DNA from: Horticoccus luteus
Lineage (GTDB): Bacteria; Verrucomicrobiota; Verrucomicrobiia; Opitutales; Opitutaceae
Assembly (NCBI RefSeq): GCF_019464535.1
Contig: NZ_CP080507.1
Coordinates: 1,200,001 to 1,232,000 of the forward strand
Direction: 5' to 3'
DNA: 32,000 nucleotides
The notes under the pieces were generated by a model. It was not told the DNA's origin and made no database searches. It worked only from the letters and a program-made list of their open reading frames with translations. The translations under genes were made by a program, and so were the position numbers. Below are positions 16,685 to 22,986 of this stretch, in pieces (positions within the stretch are counted from its first letter, which is position 1; the number at the start of each line of letters is the position of its first letter).

Positions 16685-17224
16685 ATGCATCGGAACGCTG
16701 TGCTCGCGTTGCTGCGGCGTCACGCTCAATGCCACCTCGATCCGCACGAGGCCGCGATGACGGCGGAGACGATGCGCTTCGTGGAGGCCCACGAGGATTG
16801 CTTGCTGCGCACGTGCGCGCCGGGACATCTGACGGGGTCGGCGTGGATCGTGAGTCCGGATCGTCGGCAGACGTTGCTGACGCATCACCGCAAACTCGAC
16901 AAGTGGCTCCAGCTCGGCGGGCACGCGGATGGCGAGGGCGACTTGCTGGCGGTGGCGCAGCGCGAGGCCGGGGAAGAGAGCGGATTGACGCGCGTAGTTC
17001 CGGTGAGCGCGGAGTTATTCGACGTGGACCGGCACTGGATCCCGCCGCGCAAGGACGAGGCGGGGCATTATCACTTCGACTTGCGATTCATGTTCGAAGC
17101 GGATCCTGCGGCGCCGATCGCGATCAGCTCGGAGTCGAAGGATCTGGCGTGGATCGAGGTGGCGCGCGTGACGGCGTTGAACCCGGAAGAGTCGATGGCG
17201 CGCATGGTGCGGAAAACGGTGTGA
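16685..17224 (+). CDS. Nudix hydrolase
   Basis: ATG 4 nt after the LOG stop. Nudix box GGHADGEGDLLAVAQREAGEESGL. Confidence 0.8.
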   Translation: MHRNAVLALLRRHAQCHLDPHEAAMTAETMRFVEAHEDCLLRTCAPGHLTGSAWIVSPDRRQTLLTHHRKLDKWLQLGGHADGEGDLLAVAQREAGEESGLTRVVPVSAELFDVDRHWIPPRKDEAGHYHFDLRFMFEADPAAPIAISSESKDLAWIEVARVTALNPEESMARMVRKTV

Positions 17225-17276
17225 CCGCGACCGGAGCGCGCGGAATGAAGGCACCCCGCCGACACCGGAGCCGGCG

Positions 17277-18083
17277 CTACTTCCCTTCCAGGGGACGCGA
17301 CGAGTAGGAAGGCAGGCTGATGAGCAGGCTCGTCATGCCGCCGTCGACGACGTAGTTCGACCCGGTGACGTAGCTGGCGTCATCGCTCGCGAGAAATGCG
17401 GCGACTTGGGCGACCTCGGCGGCGGTGCCCACACGGCCCATGGGGATGTTGCTTTTCCAGTAGTCGAGGGTGGCTTGCTCGTTCTCGGCGGCGGCGAGAA
17501 CGTCGTCCCAGATCTTTGTCGCGATGAGGCCGGGGCTGACGGCGTTGACGCGGATGTGGCGGGCGGCGAATTCGACGGCGAGAGCCTTGGTGAATCCAAC
17601 GACGCCCCATTTGGCGGCGTCGTAGGCGGAGGCGGTGGCGACGCTGGCGATCGAGTGGACGCTGGCGATGTTGACGATCGAACCGCCGCCTTGCGCGAGC
17701 ATGGGCGGCACCACGAGGCGCGCGCAGAGAAAGGTGCCGCGCAGATCGACGTTCATCACCCGGTCCCAGTCTGCGGCGGTGGTTTGCTCGAAGGCCTTGG
17801 AGAAATTAACGCCGGCGTTGTTCACCAATACATCGATGCGGCCGTAGGTCTGCAGGGTGAAATCGACGAGGGCCTGCACCTCCGCTTCGACCGAGATATC
17901 GCAACGCCGAAAAACGGCGCGGCCGCCTTGTGCGACGACGGCATCGACAACGGGCTGGCCTTCGTCGGCGAATCGGCTGGCCGCGACGACCGTCGCGCCT
18001 TCGCGGGCGAAGAGTTCGGTGATCGCGCGGCCGATGCCGGCGCCGCTGCCGGTGACGATCGCGACTTTGTTGGTCAAGCGCAT
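17277..18083 (-). CDS. SDR family oxidoreductase (FabG/glucose-1-dehydrogenase-like)
   Basis: KVAIVTGSGAGIGRA, NNAGV, NIASV and YDAAKWGV. Confidence 0.85.
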   Translation of the reverse strand: MRLTNKVAIVTGSGAGIGRAITELFAREGATVVAASRFADEGQPVVDAVVAQGGRAVFRRCDISVEAEVQALVDFTLQTYGRIDVLVNNAGVNFSKAFEQTTAADWDRVMNVDLRGTFLCARLVVPPMLAQGGGSIVNIASVHSIASVATASAYDAAKWGVVGFTKALAVEFAARHIRVNAVSPGLIATKIWDDVLAAAENEQATLDYWKSNIPMGRVGTAAEVAQVAAFLASDDASYVTGSNYVVDGGMTSLLISLPSYSSRPLEGK

Positions 18084-18198
18084 GAGGCGGGGAGTGTGGG
18101 AAGACCGCCGCGCGATTCCAGCGCGAACAATAGTGGCCGACGGCGGACGTTATTCGTGACTGCCTGGCCAGCCGTCGGTGAAGGGCGGACTAAACGGT

Positions 18199-21018
18199 TT
18201 ATTTTTTCGGCGGCGCGGGAATCGCGACGAACAGTTGAGCGTCCTTGGCGGAAAGGAAACGTTGGGCGAGGGCGTTGACGTCGGCGCGGGGCATTTCGCG
18301 ATAATCGGCTTCGCGGGTGAGCGGCCAATCGAGATGCGAGGGCATTTCCTGCGCGACGGCGGCGACGTAGTAGAGCCAGTAGTCGTTCGTGCGGAGGCGC
18401 GACTCGTTTTCGGCGATGCGGGGTTGAAGTGCGGCCTGAAACTCCTCGTCGGTGGCCCCGCGGGCGGCGAGTTCGCCGCCGAGACGTGCGATGTCTTTGG
18501 AAATGGCGGACGCCAGCGCCGGGTCGGCGGAGAGCGTGAGAATGAGGTAGCCGTCGTCGCGGTCGGTGCTGCCGTTCCACACTTCGGCGGAGGGATCGTA
18601 GGTGGCGCCGCGTTTCTCGCGAATTTCGCGGCGCACGAGATCACCGACGACGGAGCCGAGGATTTCGAGTTGGCGGCGCGTGTGAATATCGCTGCACCCG
18701 CGGACCGGCCACTGCGCGCGCACGATCGCGCGAGGGATCGCCGTATCCGAATAAGTCTGCCAGCGTCCGGGCTTGGTGCTGAAAGTGACGGGTTGGTAGG
18801 TGCCGCGGGCGAGGGGATTTCGCACGGGGCGGGCGGGCAAAGTGCCAAGAGTGCGTGCGGCCTGCTTGATCGTCTGCTCGACATCGAAATCTCCCGTCAA
18901 CCCGATTTCGACCGGACCGTTGCTCAGCGCAGGTTCGAGCCAGCCGAGCAACTGTTCAAACGTCCGGTTCATGGTATCCGAATACGGCGGCAAGGCGAGG
19001 CGGGAGTCATCGGCGCTGATGACGCGCAGCGCGGAGGCGGAAAGGGATTGGGCGGGATCGTGGAGACTGTTGGAATAGTAGGACGCGACTTGGCGTTGGG
19101 CTGAAACGAAGTCGGACGGGCGCCACGCGACGTCGCGCAGATAGGCGGCGAGCAGGGTGAGTTCGTCGTTGATGCCCACGGTATCGGAACCGCCCGTGAA
19201 CGTGAAGGCGTCTTCTTCGGCGGCGAACACGAGATTCGAATTGTGGGCGGCGAGATAGCGGCGCAATTCCTCGCCGTTGTGCTGGCCCACGCCCGCCTCA
19301 TTGACATAGGCGGCCGCGATGAGGCCGAGTCCAGGATAGTGCTTCGGTTGGGAGAGCATGCCCCAGCCGACGCGGGCGCGCAGATAGACGAGATTTTCGC
19401 GGAAGGACGTGCGTTTGAGGTTTAACCGGACGCCGTTCGCAAACTCGACGAGCTCGAGATTGAGGTCGGCGTTGTGCCGCCGCGATGTGATGGCGCCGGG
19501 CTGTGCGGCGGGGCGGTAGAGGAGATGGCGCAAGACTCCGGAGCGCGGTGTCTCAAGTGGTTCGTGCACGCCCTCGGCAAACGCATCGGAGAGCGCGGCG
19601 TCGGCGTCGGGCAGCGAGAACGAGCCCACGACGAACAGCCGCGGGGCGCGAGGCCAGAGCGCGAGAAACGCGGCGTGCGCGGCCGGGGGATCGAACGAGG
19701 AGAGGAGGGGTTGCGCTTGCTCCCAGCGCTGCGCCCACGAGGAATACACGCGGTGCTGGACGACGCTGAGGGCGATTTCATCGGCGATCTCGCGCGAGAC
19801 GGGCGTCGCGGTGATGGCGTATTGAAAATGCCGCCGGACGTAGGCGACGGTGTCGTCGATTTCGTCGGTGGTGAAACCGCGATCGTAAGCCTGCCGCCAT
19901 TGGTGGCCGAGAGCGCCGATGGCAGCGCGCGCGGCGCCGAGCGAGGAATCGATGCGCAAGGCCGTTTCAGTGTAGAGCGGATCGTTGTGCGAAGAGACCG
20001 CGCTGGCGGAGCCGAAGTCCTGCGAGTGGTCGCGGCGCAATTGGTTCATCCGCTCATTGAGCATGGTCATCACGAGTTCACGGCGAAACTGCTCGTCGCG
20101 TTCAGCGCGCGTTTCCGGCAATTGCCGGCCGGGCGTGACCGACGAGAGCTCGACGCTCGCCGCGCCCGATTCCGTCGCGACATAAAGTTTCGTCGCGAGT
20201 TTTTCGGGATTTGCGGCGCGGCCGAAATCGGGACCGGGCGGCAAGGGCGCGGTGGGCGCAGCGAGGTCGTCGAAGTGTTTGTGGACGAGATGTTCAAGGT
20301 CATCGGCCGGGGCGTCGCCCACGAGGACGACCACGATGTTATCGGCGCGATACCACGTTTGGTAGAATTCACGCAGTTGTTCGGCGGTGGCCTGCTGGAC
20401 GACGCCTTCATCGCCGATCGGATTGCGGCGGGGGATGAGCGTGTCGGGATGCAAAAACTCGGTGCGCGCATCGTAAGCGCGGCTTTGCCAGACATCCCGC
20501 GCGCGGCGCTCGCTTTGCACGACGCCGCGCTCACGATCGACTTCGCTGGGAGCGAACGTCACGCCGTCGGCGAAATCGCGCAGCACCGACATCGCTTCCG
20601 TCAGCCGGCCGGGTTCTTTGGACGGCGCGTCGAGCATGTAAACGGTGTGCGCTTGAAACGTGAAGGCGCTGAGGTCGGCGCCGAAGGCGAAGCCGTGCCG
20701 CTGGAGCAGATCGACGAGCGTGCCCGGCGGAAAGTGGCGGCTGCCGGCAAATGCCATGTGTTCGACGAAATGGGCGAGGCCGCGTTGGTCGTCGCGCTCA
20801 TGCATCGAACCGGCGAGGACGAGGAGCCGCAGGGCGACGCGGCCGCGGGGCTCGGCGTTGGACCGCACCGCGAAGCGCACGCCGTTGGCGAGCGCGCCGA
20901 AACGGGTGGCCGGGTCGGGCGCCAGATCGCTCTCCGCCTGCGGCCACGCCGGCGCGGCGGCGGTGTAAGCGCAAACGAGGAGAGTGAAAACAGGGGCGAG
21001 AAGAAACCGGAACCGCAC
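18199..21018 (-). CDS. Secreted M16 family zinc peptidase (pitrilysin/PqqL-like, four-domain), paralogue 1
   Basis: GTG start. Signal peptide RFRFLLAPVFTLLVCAYTAAA. Inverted zincin motif GLAHFVEHMAFAGSRHF (HxxEH). The distal Glu region is ERGVVQSERR. 939 aa. Confidence 0.9.
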   Translation of the reverse strand: MRFRFLLAPVFTLLVCAYTAAAPAWPQAESDLAPDPATRFGALANGVRFAVRSNAEPRGRVALRLLVLAGSMHERDDQRGLAHFVEHMAFAGSRHFPPGTLVDLLQRHGFAFGADLSAFTFQAHTVYMLDAPSKEPGRLTEAMSVLRDFADGVTFAPSEVDRERGVVQSERRARDVWQSRAYDARTEFLHPDTLIPRRNPIGDEGVVQQATAEQLREFYQTWYRADNIVVVLVGDAPADDLEHLVHKHFDDLAAPTAPLPPGPDFGRAANPEKLATKLYVATESGAASVELSSVTPGRQLPETRAERDEQFRRELVMTMLNERMNQLRRDHSQDFGSASAVSSHNDPLYTETALRIDSSLGAARAAIGALGHQWRQAYDRGFTTDEIDDTVAYVRRHFQYAITATPVSREIADEIALSVVQHRVYSSWAQRWEQAQPLLSSFDPPAAHAAFLALWPRAPRLFVVGSFSLPDADAALSDAFAEGVHEPLETPRSGVLRHLLYRPAAQPGAITSRRHNADLNLELVEFANGVRLNLKRTSFRENLVYLRARVGWGMLSQPKHYPGLGLIAAAYVNEAGVGQHNGEELRRYLAAHNSNLVFAAEEDAFTFTGGSDTVGINDELTLLAAYLRDVAWRPSDFVSAQRQVASYYSNSLHDPAQSLSASALRVISADDSRLALPPYSDTMNRTFEQLLGWLEPALSNGPVEIGLTGDFDVEQTIKQAARTLGTLPARPVRNPLARGTYQPVTFSTKPGRWQTYSDTAIPRAIVRAQWPVRGCSDIHTRRQLEILGSVVGDLVRREIREKRGATYDPSAEVWNGSTDRDDGYLILTLSADPALASAISKDIARLGGELAARGATDEEFQAALQPRIAENESRLRTNDYWLYYVAAVAQEMPSHLDWPLTREADYREMPRADVNALAQRFLSAKDAQLFVAIPAPPKK

Positions 21019-21623
21019 GCGTCTACGATTTGGGCGCGGGCGTGACTGTCACGCGGAAAACATCGAGGGAGAATTCGATCGGGAGAGGCTGAAGTCGTGC
21101 AGGACGAGACCAGTGGAAGGAGGTAGGTGGATTTACAAGTAATGGCCCGATTCCGTGTGGGTACCTGCGATTCGAATCGCAATGTTTGGTAGGATTGCCG
21201 CGGGTTTACGCTGGCGATGTGGCCAAACGAAGGACTGGCCGTGCTTTGGCTAGTTTCATGTTTGAAGGCCGATGGACTTGCGGGTGGAGTCAGGCATGGT
21301 CCGAACGATGCGATTCGAAAACGCTGACGCATGGCATCACGCGCGGGAACTCCGTGGCGATTTGTTTGGCAGCGAGGAAGCGCGGGTCGTCGTTGTTCGG
21401 AGGTGGTTTGAAAGTGCGGAGAAGCCGGTTGGCAAAGTCATCCCACGGGGATCGCCGCCTCTTTCTCAGGTGTTCCTGGGGGCTTACAAAACGAGTCCGG
21501 CTCCCGTTGAACCTGTACCGGCACTCTTGTTCAATCCGCGGAGTCAAGATTCAAGACCTGCGGTCTTTGGTCGGATTTCAAAACCGCGCGTGTTGCGTTT
21601 GACAAGTGGGGGAAGACATAGGG

Positions 21624-22559
21624 TCAGGCCGTTGTTCGCTGCTGGCCGAGGTTTTGCCGACAAAGGTAGCTGCGGAGACTCGCGGCCGCGCCCAGTTTCA
21701 GCCGGTTGGCGAGCCAGGGAAATGAGGCGCCACTACGGCGCCGCACGTCAGCCGCGAGCTCAAGTTTCCAAGGCTGCTTCATCGGGGCCGTGTCGAGGTC
21801 GGTTTCGGTGCGATTCAAAGAGCGCAGAGTCCCGGCGAGCGCGTGCTCCCAGCGGCTTTGCCGGAAATCGCGCACCTCACTTGCTTCAAAGCCGGCCATC
21901 AGATCGAGCTGGCTCTGCTCTTTGGCCAAGGCCTGTTTCCAACCAAGGGTGCCGATGGCCCACCCGCGCGACAAGCCTTTCAGACCGCGTGCCTCCCAGC
22001 TCGCCTCGTCGCTCCCGATTTCGACGAGGTAGCGCTCGTAAGCTTGGCGTCCGCGTTCGTCGTCTGCGAACCGTCCCCCGGCCTGCCAGCCGTGATCGTC
22101 CGTCCAGCCGTCGCCTCGCAGAATGCCGGCCAGACTGGTCCACCGATAATGACGGATCTGTTCGGGCGGCACGATTTTCGCGCGCACGGGATTCAGGTGA
22201 ATGTAATCGACCACTCGTGCGAGCGCGGCGGCATCTTCGATCAGCAATGATTGATAACGCCCCTGAAACAGATGGCCGCGCTCCTGCCGAAAACGGTTGA
22301 ACCGAGTCGCCCAGGTCGTCTGGAGCCAATGCATGCCTTCGACCAAGTTCGGCTCGGGGGTCTCAATCGCGAGATGATAGTGATTGCGCATGAGCGCATA
22401 GGCGTGGATGCGCCAGCCCATCAAACCGCGTACCTCCTGCACGGTGTCGAGAAAGGCGCGAGCCTCGCTGGGTGAGAGGAACAGATCGCGGCGGTAATTG
22501 CCGCGATTGATCACATGGTAAATCGCACCGGGGAATTGAATCCGGAGCTTGCGCGCCAT
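21624..22559 (-). CDS. Y1 (HUH) transposase-like protein, IS200/RAYT superfamily, with a ~150-aa C-terminal extension
   Basis: The internal ATG at 22559 gives MARKLRIQFPGAIYHVINRGNYRRDLF. HUH motif in MRNHYHLAIETP. Catalytic-Tyr context in VVDYIHLNPVRAKIV. The C-terminal tail PWKLELAADVRRRSGASFPWLANRLKLG looks HTH-like. Confidence 0.8.
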   Translation of the reverse strand: MARKLRIQFPGAIYHVINRGNYRRDLFLSPSEARAFLDTVQEVRGLMGWRIHAYALMRNHYHLAIETPEPNLVEGMHWLQTTWATRFNRFRQERGHLFQGRYQSLLIEDAAALARVVDYIHLNPVRAKIVPPEQIRHYRWTSLAGILRGDGWTDDHGWQAGGRFADDERGRQAYERYLVEIGSDEASWEARGLKGLSRGWAIGTLGWKQALAKEQSQLDLMAGFEASEVRDFRQSRWEHALAGTLRSLNRTETDLDTAPMKQPWKLELAADVRRRSGASFPWLANRLKLGAAASLRSYLCRQNLGQQRTTA

Positions 22560-22616
22560 GACGCAGAACAGTGCAGGTGGGGATGAACAAGGCGACCTAA
22601 AAACAGCGAACAACGG

Positions 22617-22671
22617 CCTGACCCCGTCGCTATCCCCGCCTGACCCCGTCGCTATCCCCGTCGCTATCGCC
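22617..22671. repeat. Perfect 22-nt tandem direct repeat (2 copies plus an 11-nt partial third)
   Basis: CCTGACCCCGTCGCTATCCCCG occurs at 22617-22638 and again at 22639-22660, followed by TCGCTATCGCC at 22661-22671. The array lies 58-112 nt upstream of the Y1 gene ATG. Confidence 0.9.
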
Positions 22672-22986
22672 TTCACGACGCAGCTTGACGGCGAGCATTA
22701 TGAGGCGGTCCCGAACCATCAGCCGATCAAGATCGGCACGCGCTCCTCGATCCTAAAAAGCATCCCTGCGCATCACACGTTGAGCGTGGAAGAGTTGGTC
22801 CGGAAACTCGGACTATAAGCGCGGTCCTTTGGCGGTGTTGTGCTCAAGGAGCGGGGGCGTTGGGCGTCGTCCGCAGTCAGAACGGAGCGCTGCGCTCCTC
22901 ACCTTCGTCCTTTCGCTGCGCTCGGACGTCTCCACGGATGCCGCTGGCATCGCTCCCCGGCGCTGTGCGCAGAAGAGGCCGGCCGG

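Noticed and set aside
19474-21045. 523-aa + ORF, and similar long antisense ORFs (12093..12962 -, 14335..15228 +, 15236..16246 +, 17406..18278 +, 18178..19104 +, 27722..28339 +, 28434..29426 +)
   Set aside because: Each lies opposite a gene with clear family motifs and shows the Arg/Gly/Ala-rich, motif-free composition of high-GC shadow frames.
21166-21181. 16-bp perfect palindrome TGCGATTCGAATCGCA, whose TTCGAAT also resembles a tRNA T-loop
   Set aside because: About 0.5 perfect 16-bp palindromes are expected by chance in 32 kb. I could build no cloverleaf (acceptor, D or anticodon arms) around it. It may still be an operator, but that is unsupported.
21308-21380. MRFENADAWHHARELRGDLF… resembles the N-terminus of 'four-helix-bundle' (23S rRNA IVS) proteins (FxDLxVWxKAxEL)
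   Set aside because: The similarity covers only ~20 residues. The downstream sequence does not continue the family pattern in any of the three frames I translated. At best it is a heavily degraded fragment.
22617-22671. Considered as a CRISPR array
   Set aside because: The repeats are directly abutting with no spacers. There are only 2.5 copies, and no cas genes are nearby.
22549-22818. 89-aa + ORF upstream of the Y1 gene (…TTQLDGEHYEAVPNHQPIKIGTRSSILKSIPAHHTLSVEELVRKLGL)
   Set aside because: Its N-terminal half overlaps the Y1 gene start and translates the tandem repeat. The C-terminal half looks protein-like and could be a gene remnant, but I cannot assign it, and it has no credible independent start.
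22884-22951. Short palindromes GGAGCGC-T-GCGCTCC (22884-22898) and GATGCC-GCT-GGCATC (22937-22951) downstream of M16 paralogue 2, considered as REP-like elements or a terminator
   Set aside because: The stems are only 6-7 bp, with a 1-3 nt loop and no T-tract. I found no matching inverted copy on the other side of the Y1 gene.
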